The notes: a model not told the origin generated them from the sequence alone. Positions 41,320-52,500 are shown, counted from the first letter of the stretch. The stretch is 64,000 bases of DNA from an uncultured Bacilli bacterium (GCA_944332525.1 CALVKD010000001.1:49841-113840); one strand, 5' to 3'. Numbers and translations: made by a program.

Positions 41320-43734
41320 TTAATCCTCGCTTTGGTTATCTTCATTTAAGTATTCATCCGACAGGGTGCGCCTGCCGTTTTCTTTAATTATTATTCCGTC
41401 TTCTTCAAGAGCATCAAGCAAACCATCTGCTCTAGCAAATCCGATTTTAAAGGCGTTTTGAATTTTTGTCGGAGTGCATTTTCCAGTTTCTAAAACGTAA
41501 TTTTTAACCGCTGGATAAAGGTCATCATCATGGAAATCTTTAACGCTTTCATTAATTAAATCATAAGCTGTTGGAGCTTTCGATGATAAATCGAATTTTG
41601 GATCATAATGGACTGACGCATATTTCTTAATATGCTCACAGACGGCATAAATTTCTTTTCCGTCAATATAAGCTGACTGAACTCTGAGCAACGATTTCGG
41701 CGAAGGCAACCGGGCGAGCAAGTCTCCTTTTCCCATTAAGTTTTCCGCGCCATCTTCATCGATGATAATTCGTGACTCTAACGATGAAGAAACCGACAAA
41801 GCGATTCTTGACGGGATATTCGCCTTGATTTCACCAGTAATTATTTTAGCTGATGGTCTTTGGGTGGCAATAACCATATAAATTCCGCAAGCTCGTGCTT
41901 TTTGAGCTAAGCGCTGAATGAATTTGCTCGTCTCTTTGTCGCCATCGGACATAAAGTCAGCAAACTCATCACAGATCATCACGATATAAGGGATTTTCGG
42001 ATAATTCTTTTCTTCACAGACTTCGAGGTATTCTTTGTAGTTAGCAGCCCCTTCGCCTTTTTCAGCAAATAAATCATAACGGCTTTCCATTTCTTCAACT
42101 AATTTTTTCAAGGCGATTTTTCCTTGATCGGTCGAAGTGATAACCGGGCAGAGCAAATGCGGCAAATTTTGGTAACGCAAGAATTCAACGCGCTTAGGGT
42201 CGATAAGCATAAGTTTTAACTCATCGGGTTTATTTCTCATTATTAATGAAGTGATAATATTATGGATAAATACTGATTTACCAGAACCAGTAGTTCCGGC
42301 GATTAATAGGTGAGGCATATCATCAAGCTTGCAAGATATAACTTTACCGGAGATATCCTTACCTAATGGGAATAGCAATTTATCCTTTGCATTATCGGCG
42401 ATTGACTGCATGCAATCTTTAAATGAAACTAAATTCGAAGTTTTGTTTCCAACCTCAATTCCGCATGTATCCTTGCCTTCAATAATTGTTTCAATTCTTA
42501 CTGTTTTATTTCCTTCTAAACGGACTCCTAAATCAGTCTCGAGATTATTGAGGACACTAGTTTTAACATTGTGATTAAGTTTTACGTCAAAGCGAGTTAC
42601 TGATGGACCAATAGTATAAGATATAACTGATGCGCCGATATCAAAGTCGCGGAAACATTCATTAATTTTCTTTGCTCTTTCATCGGCAATCGCAATTTTT
42701 TCTTGTAAATTATTATTTACACTTCTATCTTTTAGAAGGTCAAGGCTCGGATAGACATAAGGGCCTTTATATTCTTCTTCAGGAGTGATTGTTTCAATAG
42801 TTTCTTTTTCAGATTTTTTATTAAAGAAAGAATCAAACTTATCGTTTTTATAGGTATCAATAATCCGTGGCTCTTTCTTAACTGTTTTCTTTTCTTCCAT
42901 TTTCTTCATCGCTTCTTCATGTGAAGGATCAGAGAAAGTAAAAGAATTAGGCTTAATTTCCTCTTTAACTAAATTTACCTCTTCTGGAAGTGGTTCCTTA
43001 ATACTTTCAACTAGTTTTTCACTAGGTTGAGCTATTTTCTTTGTCGGTACGTAAGCTTCCATTTCTTCTTCGATCTTTTCGACATGTATTTCTCTTTTTA
43101 AAGGAGATTCAGTGCTTGGCGAAGAATAATCTGTCTCGGTCTTTTTTAGTTCCTTTTCTTTCTCACGAATAGTTTTGACTTCATTTTTTACGCTGACTAG
43201 ATGTGAAATCAACTGGCTTATCGGAAGGAGTAAAACAAAGATAGCTCCTAAGAAAATTAACAAAGCCGAAATAATCAAGGTACCAATACTAGTAAAGGCA
43301 GTATTTAATGCAGCAGAGAAAAAATACCCGATAAACCCTCCGTTAAGAGAAGAGACGATATCACCAAAAGAGGTAAAAGATAAACCGCTTGATTTTATTG
43401 AATTAGTTAAATCGCTATAAAAAGAGAAAAAGTTATTCATATTTAATCCATCGCTTTGGCTTAACCCAATAGTTAATCCAAAGAAAAGTAAAATAACTCC
43501 CGTCAGAGAAATAATTTTCACCTTTTTGCGAATAAAGATTTTATTAAGTCCATCAAGAAAAAGAAAAACGCTAACTAAGAAATAAGTAGCTCCAAAAATG
43601 TATGCCAAAACAAATGTTAGAAATTTAGAAATTAATCCAACATTTATAAAGGCTAAAACAGAAATAACGATTTCTAAAATACCTAATAATATTCTTGTAA
43701 CCCTAGTCGAGGTCTGATTTTTTTCTTTCTTCAT
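41320..43734 (-). CDS. ftsK: DNA translocase FtsK/SpoIIIE
   Basis: N-terminal TM helices, a Glu/Lys-rich linker, and a motor domain with GTTGSGKS. 804 aa. Confidence 0.9.
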   Translation of the reverse strand: MKKEKNQTSTRVTRILLGILEIVISVLAFINVGLISKFLTFVLAYIFGATYFLVSVFLFLDGLNKIFIRKKVKIISLTGVILLFFGLTIGLSQSDGLNMNNFFSFYSDLTNSIKSSGLSFTSFGDIVSSLNGGFIGYFFSAALNTAFTSIGTLIISALLIFLGAIFVLLLPISQLISHLVSVKNEVKTIREKEKELKKTETDYSSPSTESPLKREIHVEKIEEEMEAYVPTKKIAQPSEKLVESIKEPLPEEVNLVKEEIKPNSFTFSDPSHEEAMKKMEEKKTVKKEPRIIDTYKNDKFDSFFNKKSEKETIETITPEEEYKGPYVYPSLDLLKDRSVNNNLQEKIAIADERAKKINECFRDFDIGASVISYTIGPSVTRFDVKLNHNVKTSVLNNLETDLGVRLEGNKTVRIETIIEGKDTCGIEVGNKTSNLVSFKDCMQSIADNAKDKLLFPLGKDISGKVISCKLDDMPHLLIAGTTGSGKSVFIHNIITSLIMRNKPDELKLMLIDPKRVEFLRYQNLPHLLCPVITSTDQGKIALKKLVEEMESRYDLFAEKGEGAANYKEYLEVCEEKNYPKIPYIVMICDEFADFMSDGDKETSKFIQRLAQKARACGIYMVIATQRPSAKIITGEIKANIPSRIALSVSSSLESRIIIDEDGAENLMGKGDLLARLPSPKSLLRVQSAYIDGKEIYAVCEHIKKYASVHYDPKFDLSSKAPTAYDLINESVKDFHDDDLYPAVKNYVLETGKCTPTKIQNAFKIGFARADGLLDALEEDGIIIKENGRRTLSDEYLNEDNQSED

Positions 43735-43833
43735 AAACTTATAATACTATGTTTTTTCTGAGATAAAAAGATTATCATAAATACTTTAATAATTTATTTT
43801 TTTGATATATATCTGAATATTTTTTCTATTTTC

Positions 43834-43868
43834 GACAAAAGAAAAAGTTTGCTTTTAGGGGCAAACTT
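43834..43868 (-). terminator. putative intrinsic terminator (minus strand) after the 77-aa membrane protein gene
   Basis: On the minus strand: AAGTTTGC, 8-nt loop, GCAAACTT, then TTTTCTTTTG. Confidence 0.45.
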
Positions 43869-44100
43869 ATTCATACTTTTTTTGATTCTTCCAAAGGTAG
43901 ATTACAGTAAATAAACATCCGATCACGATGATTATTGAACCATATATCACATATGGAAGAATATTTGGTGCGAGTTGCATGTAATTAGATATTGCCTTAA
44001 TAGCAATGAACCCGATTAGTAATGCAAGCATAGAGATATCGCACGCGAGTAAAATTCTTAATGCTCTCTTCATCTCGATCATTCCCCTTTTCGTTTTCAC
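43867..44100 (-). CDS. hypothetical small membrane protein (two TM helices)
   Basis: 77 aa, between the ftsL-like gene and ftsK. Confidence 0.4.
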   Translation of the reverse strand: MKTKRGMIEMKRALRILLACDISMLALLIGFIAIKAISNYMQLAPNILPYVIYGSIIIVIGCLFTVIYLWKNQKKYE

Positions 44101-44102
44101 GA

Positions 44103-44330
44103 CTAATCGATAATGACGATATCATCTGCTTCTTGACTTTGCACTTGATTTTGAACCCGCTCGCTTTGGGTCATCGCAACAGTTAATTCCTGATTGGTGT
44201 TAATGATGTTAAATAATGAGGCTCCACCAATTACGATAGTAAGCAAGAATAGCGCTAGTCCGACAATACCTAAACGGAAGCAGATATAATCAAACTTCGT
44301 TTTATTTACTTTGCTGGTTTTGTTTTTCAT
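44103..44330 (-). CDS. FtsL-like small bitopic division protein candidate
   Basis: 75 aa with a single TM helix and a Gln-rich periplasmic coil. Immediately downstream of rsmH, as ftsL is in dcw clusters. Confidence 0.4.
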   Translation of the reverse strand: MKNKTSKVNKTKFDYICFRLGIVGLALFLLTIVIGGASLFNIINTNQELTVAMTQSERVQNQVQSQEADDIVIID

Positions 44331-44335
44331 AAGTC

Positions 44336-45259
44336 CTACTTCCTTTCTAGCACGCGGAGGTGTGCGCTTTTACTACGCGGATTGGCTTCAATCTCTTCTT
44401 TAGAAGGGTTAATCACCTTTCTGGTAACTAATGTGAATTCCGTTTTACGAGGTTCGCTAGGTAAGGTGCGAGATCCTTCCCCTTGATAAGTGTATTTTCG
44501 GAAAATATTTTTCACGATTCGGTCTTCGAGGGAATTAAAGGAAATAACACAGAGACGACCGTGATGATCAAGCATATTAATTGCGGCTTCTAAACCTCTT
44601 TCTAGAACTGCGAGTTCATCATTGACCTCAATTCTGATTGCCTGGAAAACTTGTTTGGCCGGATGGCCTTTCTTTTCCAAGACTTTAAACGGTAATGAAG
44701 CTTTAATAATATCGACAAGTTCAAACGTTGTCTCAATTTTTTTCTTTAATCGTTCCCTAACGATGTTAGAAGCGATTTGATAGGAGTATTTCTCCTCGCC
44801 ATACTCTTTGAAGATGCGTGTTAACTCTTCAAGAGAATAATCATTGACTACTTGATAAGCAGTTAAATTTTTATCGCGATCCATTCTCATATCAAGCTTT
44901 GCATCATATCGATACGAGAATCCGCGGTCACCTTCGTCAAACTGAGCTGAGGACACACCGAGATCGAAGATTGCACCGGATATTTTGTCCACATTTCTCT
45001 TCTTTAATTCTGAGGCGAGATTTTCGAAGTTGGCATGAATAATTTCGTAACGCGAAGATATCTTTGCTAGACGCGCTCTACTTTCTTCAATTGCCTGTTC
45101 ATCTTGGTCAAAGCAATAAAGGAATCCATCCTTGAGTAGCGACAAGATCTTAGAGGAATGCCCTCCGCGACCTAATGTAGCATCAACATATGTGCCGCTT
45201 GGGTTAATCTCAAGATTAGCTATGGTTTCCTGAAGGAGGACAGGAACATGGCTATACAT
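44336..45259 (-). CDS. rsmH: 16S rRNA (cytosine1402-N4)-methyltransferase
   Basis: MraW family: HVPVLL...YVDATLGRGGHS. 307 aa. Confidence 0.95.
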   Translation of the reverse strand: MYSHVPVLLQETIANLEINPSGTYVDATLGRGGHSSKILSLLKDGFLYCFDQDEQAIEESRARLAKISSRYEIIHANFENLASELKKRNVDKISGAIFDLGVSSAQFDEGDRGFSYRYDAKLDMRMDRDKNLTAYQVVNDYSLEELTRIFKEYGEEKYSYQIASNIVRERLKKKIETTFELVDIIKASLPFKVLEKKGHPAKQVFQAIRIEVNDELAVLERGLEAAINMLDHHGRLCVISFNSLEDRIVKNIFRKYTYQGEGSRTLPSEPRKTEFTLVTRKVINPSKEEIEANPRSKSAHLRVLERK

Positions 45260-45698
45260 TCTTATCTTCCTTTTGTGCTATAACCTTAGCATTGGCTTCG
45301 AATGACGCATCATCATTGGCTGAGACTTGTGAATAGATATCTTTGTCCCAGATCTCAACGTGATCATAATTACCGACAACAACAACATCTTTGGTGATGT
45401 GAGCTCTGGCAAGATGATCCTTGCTGAGTGTGATCCGTCCGACTTTATCAAATTCATAATCCATTGAGGAAGCAAAGAAAGTTCTCTTATAGGTTCTCTC
45501 TTCTGGCACTAATTCGTTAAGTCGAGCATTTTTTTCACTTAATTCAATGAAGGTTTCTTCTGGATATAAGCAAAGGCAATTATCAAAACCTTTGGTAACA
45601 TAACATCTACTACCAATAATGTCCCTCATTTTTTGAGGAAGTATTAATCGCGACTTCTCGTCGAGATGGTAAAAGTATGTTCCAAAGAATATTTGCAT
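45252..45698 (-). CDS. mraZ: transcriptional regulator MraZ
   Basis: MQIFFGTYFYHLDEKSRLILP duplicated DXXXR-type domain. ATG at 45698 with GGGAGA SD is preferred over the track's GTG at 45713. Confidence 0.9.
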   Translation of the reverse strand: MQIFFGTYFYHLDEKSRLILPQKMRDIIGSRCYVTKGFDNCLCLYPEETFIELSEKNARLNELVPEERTYKRTFFASSMDYEFDKVGRITLSKDHLARAHITKDVVVVGNYDHVEIWDKDIYSQVSANDDASFEANAKVIAQKEDKNV

Positions 45699-45760
45699 TA
45701 CACTTTCTCCCACCAGATACCCTTATTATACCCTACTCACCCACTTTTGCAATAGATTTT
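45699..45760 (-). promoter_or_regulatory. mraZ promoter with MraZ-box direct repeats
   Basis: Minus strand TTGCAA, 16 nt, TATAAT. Four GTGGG/AGGGT-type repeats at 10-11-bp spacing (TGGGTgagtaGGGTAtaataaGGGTAtctggTGGGA) overlap the -10 hexamer and the leader. Confidence 0.5.
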
Positions 45761-45803
45761 ATAGATTATTTGCTAAAAATTGATTTTTGCCAATAAATTT
45801 TGG

Positions 45804-45835
45804 TAAAAAAAAGTTCAGGATTAGAACCTGAACTT
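45804..45835 (-). terminator. intrinsic terminator (minus strand) after the 45845-46354 gene
   Basis: Minus strand AGTTCAGG, 7-nt loop, CCTGAACT, then TTTTTTTT. Confidence 0.7.
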
Positions 45836-45844
45836 ACCACAATT

Positions 45845-46354
45845 TTAACTTTTTTTCTCCTCATCGGCAAATATTGAAGCTAAATCAGAGAATGGTGAAG
45901 TACCTTCTTGATGCTTTTTATACATATCTTCAGTAATTACTTCCCACCCATCTCCACTGAAAGATTCTTTTTCATCTTCTCCGACAATTTTTAAGGGAAG
46001 CGAAGATAGAATTAAAGATGTTACCAATTCATCGAGATCAAGTTCATCGCCTTCAAGAATATAAATATCATCGCTGAGATCTTCTTCTTTATCATAAGCA
46101 ATCGTAAGATCATCTGTAACGTTTAGCGGATAGGTTAATGGTTTCAAAGTCCTCGTCGATGCTAAAGTTAACGTTCCCTTAATTTCAATTTTCATAATAG
46201 TTAAGTAGGAAACATATTGAACCGTCACCTTTACCTTTAACGGAGAAGCTTCTAAAATTAACTGATTGTTCTTAATTACTTCTTCTGGCAAGACAAAATC
46301 AAAAAGGTATTCTCTAATCTTGTTTGAAGTCAATTCCTGCTTAGATAATTTCAT
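45845..46354 (-). CDS. hypothetical acidic protein, possibly DUF177/YceD-like
   Basis: 169 aa. The acidic C-terminal half recalls DUF177 but the usual cysteines are absent. Weak assignment. Confidence 0.3.
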   Translation of the reverse strand: MKLSKQELTSNKIREYLFDFVLPEEVIKNNQLILEASPLKVKVTVQYVSYLTIMKIEIKGTLTLASTRTLKPLTYPLNVTDDLTIAYDKEEDLSDDIYILEGDELDLDELVTSLILSSLPLKIVGEDEKESFSGDGWEVITEDMYKKHQEGTSPFSDLASIFADEEKKS

Positions 46355-47225
46355 TAATGTATCCTTTCTTCAAGAAATATTCTCTTACTTGATTCATAAT
46401 AAAACGAATATCCGGATGAGCGCGTTCCGAGCAGCGTAACTCAAAAATTAATTTCCATTCTTGAATTGATGCAGTGACGACGATTTCAGTTTTTAAAGAA
46501 TTAGGCAAAACGCTTCTAGCCACCTGTGGGGTGGTAACATTTAAGAGGTCAAAATACGACTTCTCAGCATTTTCCATTGCCTTAGTCCAAATCATTAATC
46601 CTTCTTCCGGTAAAGTAACAGGTTTAATGACAGTAATTTCATTATTGAACTTATCTTTTGAATAATTACAATAGCGCGTTGACTCCTGAGAATAACTAGC
46701 TAAGCGATGACGGACCAATTCATGAGTAACTCCGCGATCAGTAATCAAACTAATGGTCACATACTGATGCATCTCTCTTTCATTTGCTGATAAAAGCGAA
46801 AAATCAGTGATCAACTCAATTTTAAATTCTTCTTCGCCGCGTTTTTTATCAAAGAGCAAAGGATAGCTTTTTTCTAGGAAATAAGCAAAAGTTTTTAATT
46901 CGCTAGGGAAGACATCTTTTTGGTATTGGGTCAAAAACGCCCGAACATTAAATGAGACAAGCGGTTCACTTTCATATGAAAGATGGAAGAAAGGAACGTC
47001 AATCTCCTTTAAAATATGGTAAAAAGGTTCTTCTAGACGGAAGCAAAAATTATAGTGTTCTAAGACTGAGCCATGATTGTTAAGGCAGATTTTCTTAACA
47101 AATTGATAGGCGGAATCCTCGGTTATTTTGTCTTCTGATTTATAGCAAACTCTTCCGCACATCTCAATTTTTTGGAAGAGGCGGTTTTCATTTATTTCTT
47201 TAAAACTAGGACTAACAATTTTCAT
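46341..47225 (-). CDS. thyX: flavin-dependent thymidylate synthase
   Basis: ThyX signature RHRLASYSQESTRY. 294 aa. Confidence 0.85.
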   Translation of the reverse strand: MKIVSPSFKEINENRLFQKIEMCGRVCYKSEDKITEDSAYQFVKKICLNNHGSVLEHYNFCFRLEEPFYHILKEIDVPFFHLSYESEPLVSFNVRAFLTQYQKDVFPSELKTFAYFLEKSYPLLFDKKRGEEEFKIELITDFSLLSANEREMHQYVTISLITDRGVTHELVRHRLASYSQESTRYCNYSKDKFNNEITVIKPVTLPEEGLMIWTKAMENAEKSYFDLLNVTTPQVARSVLPNSLKTEIVVTASIQEWKLIFELRCSERAHPDIRFIMNQVREYFLKKGYINEII

Positions 47226-47941
47226 TTAAATACTCTCCTAATATAATCATATAATTCATGGCTTGTGCCTTTATTTATAACATTTTTCTCATTTTCGTGA
47301 CGTGAAAGCAAGCAGTCGGTTACCAAATAAGTTTGACATCCGAGTTCACTAGCGCACATATCTTCTTCGACATCATTTCCAACCATCAGCAGTTCCTCCG
47401 GTTGGATTTTTAGTCTAGAAATAATCTCCCGGTAGTAATTTAAATCAGGTTTGATATAGTGAAAATCTTCGCCGAATGTTACAAAAAGAAAATCTTTACT
47501 ATCAATATCACCCCATTGCATTCTCGCTAAAATTCCTTCATGCGGGAACAATGGATTGGTCGCGACAATCATCTTGATATTTTTTTCTTTTAAATATTCG
47601 ATTACTTTTTTCAGATATGGATTACCAACAACTAAATCTTTAAGAGAATTAAAATTGCTTTGATAATATTCGCTAACAAGTCTTTTCATTAACTCTTTAT
47701 CAAAAGGGAAATAATTTTCTAACGCTTGGTAAAATTTATCATATGCGGAACTCTCATTATTAATCTTCAAAATATCTTCCATCGACTGCAAAAGTCCGTA
47801 TCCAAAGGTCTTTTCATCAATCGCGAGTTCGCTGTGCCCGCATAGATATTTATATAGTGATTTGAGATAGGCCTTAATAAATTCTTTAATAGAAAAATCA
47901 ATTAATGTTCCATCGAGATCAAAAGCCACAACTTTAATCAT
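47222..47941 (-). CDS. HAD-family hydrolase
   Basis: FDLDGTLID motif I. 239 aa. Confidence 0.65.
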   Translation of the reverse strand: MIKVVAFDLDGTLIDFSIKEFIKAYLKSLYKYLCGHSELAIDEKTFGYGLLQSMEDILKINNESSAYDKFYQALENYFPFDKELMKRLVSEYYQSNFNSLKDLVVGNPYLKKVIEYLKEKNIKMIVATNPLFPHEGILARMQWGDIDSKDFLFVTFGEDFHYIKPDLNYYREIISRLKIQPEELLMVGNDVEEDMCASELGCQTYLVTDCLLSRHENEKNVINKGTSHELYDYIRRVFK

Positions 47942-50322
47942 GATCTTAAATAAGCTCCTAACTTTTTATTTAAAACACTAATAATTGTATTTTCTAATGG
48001 GTCGATATCGTTATCAGCCAAGGTTTTATCAAGAGACTGGTAAGTGATACTTAAAGCTAATGACTTGTATCCTTCCTCGATGTGCTCACCTTGATAAACA
48101 TCAAAAATTTCAACGTTTTTAACTAAGTTCTTACCTTCTTTTTTAATCAATTTGACTACTTCACCAGCGCTGATGTCAGCTTTTAAAACAAAAGCGTAAT
48201 CACGTGAAATTGCCGGATAACGAGAGATTTTTTCCATCTTCTTTACGGAAGTCTTTAATTCTAAGAATTTATCTAAATTGATATCGAGAATATATGTTTC
48301 GCCGATATCTTCGCTTAACGAAGGATGAATTTCTCCCATTACTCCAACCAAAGTATTTCCAAAATAAATACCAGCTGAACGACCAGGATGGAGATATTGA
48401 GACTTAATAAGATTAATTTTATAACGGTTTTCGTCAATTGATAATAAAGACATCATCGCTTGGAAGATACCAGAAATATCATAGAAATCATATTTGCGAG
48501 TTTCCATTTTACCCCGTGAATAATTTTGTCCTCTTAAAGCGATAGCTAATTCATTATATGATTGCTTATCAGTCGTAATTTCTGATATTTCAAAAATTGC
48601 TAAATTCTCATTTTGATGGGCAATATTGTATTTTACGACATTGACTAGCGAAGGTATTAAACCTCTTCTCATAACAGAATGATCACTAGTCATCGGATTC
48701 ATTATCTTTATTTCAGCGTCATCGTTTAAGAAAACTAATTGTTTGTTTTCTTCAGGTGAAACCAACGTATAGGTCATAACCTCATGAAGGGAAACAGCGA
48801 TTAGATGTTCACGAATTCGTTTTAACAAAACTTTCTTCTCATCAAGCCCGCCTATGGTTGTTTCCATACTCGGTAAAGTTGCTTTTACTTTGTCTAAACC
48901 GAGAAGGCGAATTACCTCTTCGCTTAAATCAGCATCGCAGTGCAAATCAATTCGGTAAGGCGGAACGATAGCAGTAAATTTATCACCATCATCAACAACT
49001 TTAATTTCTAATCTCTCTAAAGTGTTTTTGATTTCTTCATTAGTAAATTCTGTGCCGAGTCGTCCATTGATATAGGAATATGTACATTCAATTTTTATTT
49101 CTTCATGGGAAAGATGATCTTCATTAACAATTGCACAAACAATCTTAGCATCAGCTAAATCTTTTAAAAGCTGCATAGTTAAATTTAAAACGTACTCAGT
49201 TTGATGCGGATTAATCCCTTTAATAAAATGTGCCGATGAATCAGAAGACAAGCCTAAGCGCTTAGAAGTTCTTCTAACATTTACCCCATTAAAGTAAGCA
49301 GCCTCAACAGCAATATTTTTTGTATTAGAGTTAACGGCGCAACTCTCGCTTCCCATAACTCCGCCAAGGCATCCAATCATCTTATCATTTTTAATGACGA
49401 TATCACCTTTTTGCAATTGATAGGTCTTTCCATCGAGAGCAGTAAATTGCCCCTCGTAATCACTAGTCACTTCAAAGTTTTTTGAACCGAATAAATCAAG
49501 GTCGTACATATGAAGAGGTTGACCGGTAGTAATCATAATAAAATTACCAATATCAACAATATTATTAATTGAACGAATTCCTTGCCCCTGCAGAGCTCTC
49601 TTCAGCCAAAGAGGAGATTCTTTTACTGTAAGACCTTTAACCTCAGTTACAGCGAATTGCTGACATTCATCAGTAGAAATCTTAACTGTTAAATCACTTT
49701 TATCGGTTGGTAATTCTTTCATCTCCGGCAAAATAACTTTTCTTTGAAATAGAGCGCCGAGTTCTTTCGCTAATGCAAAAATTGATAAGCAATCCGGGCG
49801 ATTAGCCAAAACATTGATATCAAAAATGACATCATCGAGACCTAAATATTCTAAAACGTTTTCATCGCCAACCACGGCATCATTTGGAAGTTCTTCAATA
49901 CCATTAAGTTGTGCTGGTGTCAACTCAGCTTTATCAACGCCAATTTCATAAAGTGCGCAACACATTCCGTTTGATTCGACATTTCTAATTTTTGATTGTT
50001 TAATTTCAATATTATCAAATCCTAAATGCGCTCCAACCATCGCAACAATTACCTTTAATCCAGTTCTAGCATTCGGTGCACCGCAAACAATTTGCTTAAT
50101 TCCGTATTTCGGTCCGAGATCAACTTTTAAAACATGCAAGTGATCGGAATCCGGATGTTTTTCACATTCTAAAATTTCACCGATTACTAAGTGATCTGCT
50201 TTTGCTAATGGTCTAATTTCTTCAACTTCAAGTTGAGCGAAAGTTAATTTATCTGCAATTTCTTCAGGAGTAAGATTGCTCAAATCGACATATTTTTTTA
50301 ATAAATTTAAACTTGCTCTCAT
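47938..50322 (-). CDS. pheT: phenylalanyl-tRNA synthetase beta subunit
   Basis: 794 aa. N-terminal tRNA-binding domain plus B3/4 and B5 regions. Confidence 0.95.
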   Translation of the reverse strand: MRASLNLLKKYVDLSNLTPEEIADKLTFAQLEVEEIRPLAKADHLVIGEILECEKHPDSDHLHVLKVDLGPKYGIKQIVCGAPNARTGLKVIVAMVGAHLGFDNIEIKQSKIRNVESNGMCCALYEIGVDKAELTPAQLNGIEELPNDAVVGDENVLEYLGLDDVIFDINVLANRPDCLSIFALAKELGALFQRKVILPEMKELPTDKSDLTVKISTDECQQFAVTEVKGLTVKESPLWLKRALQGQGIRSINNIVDIGNFIMITTGQPLHMYDLDLFGSKNFEVTSDYEGQFTALDGKTYQLQKGDIVIKNDKMIGCLGGVMGSESCAVNSNTKNIAVEAAYFNGVNVRRTSKRLGLSSDSSAHFIKGINPHQTEYVLNLTMQLLKDLADAKIVCAIVNEDHLSHEEIKIECTYSYINGRLGTEFTNEEIKNTLERLEIKVVDDGDKFTAIVPPYRIDLHCDADLSEEVIRLLGLDKVKATLPSMETTIGGLDEKKVLLKRIREHLIAVSLHEVMTYTLVSPEENKQLVFLNDDAEIKIMNPMTSDHSVMRRGLIPSLVNVVKYNIAHQNENLAIFEISEITTDKQSYNELAIALRGQNYSRGKMETRKYDFYDISGIFQAMMSLLSIDENRYKINLIKSQYLHPGRSAGIYFGNTLVGVMGEIHPSLSEDIGETYILDINLDKFLELKTSVKKMEKISRYPAISRDYAFVLKADISAGEVVKLIKKEGKNLVKNVEIFDVYQGEHIEEGYKSLALSITYQSLDKTLADNDIDPLENTIISVLNKKLGAYLRS

Positions 50323-50324
50323 AA

Positions 50325-51356
50325 TTACTCCTTATCAAATTGTTTGAGAAATCTCAAATCGTTAGTGTAGAATCTACGAATATCATCAACTCCAAATTTT
50401 AGCATTGCTGTTCTTTCAATTCCGATGCCAAAGGCAAAACCTTGATAAACTTTATTATCAAATCCGCACATTTCTAAGACATGCGGGTGAACCATTCCAG
50501 CGCCAAGAATTTCAATCCAGCCTGTTCCTTTGCAAAGCGAGCAGCCTTTTCCACCGCATTCAAAGCAAGAAATATCAACTTCAACCGATGGTTCCGTAAA
50601 TGGGAAATATGATGATCTCATTCTGATTTTTCTTTTTTCGCCAAACATTTTTTTAGCGAATAATTCTAGTGTTCCTAGTAGGTCGCCGAGCGAGACATTC
50701 TTATCGATAACCAAACCCTCAATTTGTCCAAATTGGTGGGAATGGGTCGCATCATCATCGCGACGGTAAACCTTTCCCGGAGAAATAATCTTAATCGGTC
50801 CGACGCCATGCTTAGATAGCATTACTCTTGCTTGAACCGGTGAGGTTTGACTCCGTAAAAGATTATTATCATCGATAAAGAAAGTATCCTGCATATCGCG
50901 TGCTGGATGATCCTTAGGTACATTCAATAATTCAAAATTGAAATGATCAGTTTCTTTTTCTGGTCCCTCAACAATTTGATACCCCATTGAAGTAAAAATA
51001 TCACTAATTTCATCAACAATAGTCGTAAAAAGATGTTTAGATCCACGTAAATAATTTCTAGGAGTTAATGTAATATCTATTTTTTCTTTTTCAAGTTTTT
51101 CTTCAAGAGCTTTTTTTGCTAATTCTTCTTTTTTTGACTCTAAAGCTGCATTTATATCATTTTTTGAAGTGTTAATTAATTGTCCAAAAGCCGCTTTTTC
51201 TTCTTTAGAAAGTTCCTTCATATGGCTCATAAAAGACATTAATTCACTTTTTTTTGAAAGATATAAATTTCTTATATCATTTAATTTATCGAGACTATCT
51301 GCGCTAGCAATAGACTGCTTTGCTTCGCTAACAATTTGTAAGATTCTTTCCTTCAT
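50325..51356 (-). CDS. pheS: phenylalanyl-tRNA synthetase alpha subunit
   Basis: Class II core motifs ([20 protein letters not shown]). 343 aa. Confidence 0.95.
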   Translation of the reverse strand: MKERILQIVSEAKQSIASADSLDKLNDIRNLYLSKKSELMSFMSHMKELSKEEKAAFGQLINTSKNDINAALESKKEELAKKALEEKLEKEKIDITLTPRNYLRGSKHLFTTIVDEISDIFTSMGYQIVEGPEKETDHFNFELLNVPKDHPARDMQDTFFIDDNNLLRSQTSPVQARVMLSKHGVGPIKIISPGKVYRRDDDATHSHQFGQIEGLVIDKNVSLGDLLGTLELFAKKMFGEKRKIRMRSSYFPFTEPSVEVDISCFECGGKGCSLCKGTGWIEILGAGMVHPHVLEMCGFDNKVYQGFAFGIGIERTAMLKFGVDDIRRFYTNDLRFLKQFDKE

Positions 51357-51358
51357 AA

Positions 51359-52486
51359 CTATTCCTCATCGCTATTTTGTTCTTTTTTCTGATTAAGGAA
51401 AAATGGGAGAACATTATCATCTTCCTCTTCATCAGCATCTTGATGATCAACCGGTTGAGCGATAACTGTTTCATTATTCTCAGCTAACGGATCAAATTCA
51501 CTATCAAATTCGGTAGCGACGATAGAGATTAACATTTCATCGTTAAGTTCATCATTCATCTGGACGCCAAAGATGATATTTGGGGTGTTTTCCGAAGCCG
51601 ATGTAATATAATCAATTGCTTCTTTAACTTCATCAAGTGAAACATTTGTTCCGCAAGTAACATTTGCGATAATTGAATGCGATCCCTTGATTGAAGCCTC
51701 AAGTAATGGTGAAAGCAATGCGCTAGAAGCAGCATCAGTAGCTTTCTTTGGACCTTTACCTGAGCCAAAGCCGATAAGCGCTAAGCCCTTCCCTTCAAGC
51801 GTTGCTTTAACATCGGCGAAGTCGAGATTAATGACACCCGGTAAAACAATTAAATCAGTAATAGTTTTGACCGCTTGAACTAAAACGCGATCAGCTTCAG
51901 CAAAAGCTTCTTTAAATGGACGTGTTCCGTTCATCATCATCAATTTATCATTGCTAACAATAATAATCGCATCAACGTATTGCTTTAAATCATTGATTCC
52001 GTCGATGGCATTTTTTCTGCGCTTTTCACCTTCAAATGAGAATGGTCTAGTAACGATAGCGACTGTTAAAGCCCCGACATCTTTTGCAATCTTTGCAACA
52101 ACAGGAGCAGCTCCAGTACCAGTACCACCACCCATTCCAGCAGCGATAAAAACCATGTTTGCTCCTTCAAGAATTTCTCTAATTTCTTTTTCTGAAGCCT
52201 CAGCAGCTATTTTACCAACTTTTGGATTTCCGCCAGCACCTAAACCATGGGTGACATCTTTTCCTAAGATTAACTTATGTTCAGCTTTTGAAGATGCTAA
52301 TGCCTGAGCGTCGGTATTGCAGGCATAAAATGTTACACCTAATAAATTCTCAGCGACCATCTGATTAACTGCATTTGATCCGCCGCCACCGCAGCCGATG
52401 ACAACGATGCGCGCAACCGGTTCTAACGCGGAGAAGGTTTCTTCCTTTTTTGTTTCTTCAACTTGTTGTAATGTATATTCGTCCAT
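51359..52486 (-). CDS. ftsZ: cell division GTPase FtsZ
   Basis: GGGTGTG tubulin signature ([15 protein letters not shown]). 375 aa with an acidic C-terminal tail. Confidence 0.97.
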   Translation of the reverse strand: MDEYTLQQVEETKKEETFSALEPVARIVVIGCGGGGSNAVNQMVAENLLGVTFYACNTDAQALASSKAEHKLILGKDVTHGLGAGGNPKVGKIAAEASEKEIREILEGANMVFIAAGMGGGTGTGAAPVVAKIAKDVGALTVAIVTRPFSFEGEKRRKNAIDGINDLKQYVDAIIIVSNDKLMMMNGTRPFKEAFAEADRVLVQAVKTITDLIVLPGVINLDFADVKATLEGKGLALIGFGSGKGPKKATDAASSALLSPLLEASIKGSHSIIANVTCGTNVSLDEVKEAIDYITSASENTPNIIFGVQMNDELNDEMLISIVATEFDSEFDPLAENNETVIAQPVDHQDADEEEDDNVLPFFLNQKKEQNSDEE

Positions 52487-52500
52487 AAATCTATCTCCCC

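Noticed and set aside
45711-45713. GTG start for mraZ from the ORF track
   Set aside because: The ATG at 45698 gives the canonical MraZ N-terminus (MQIFFGTY...) and has a GGGAGA SD at proper spacing. The GTG start would place the MraZ boxes inside the coding sequence.
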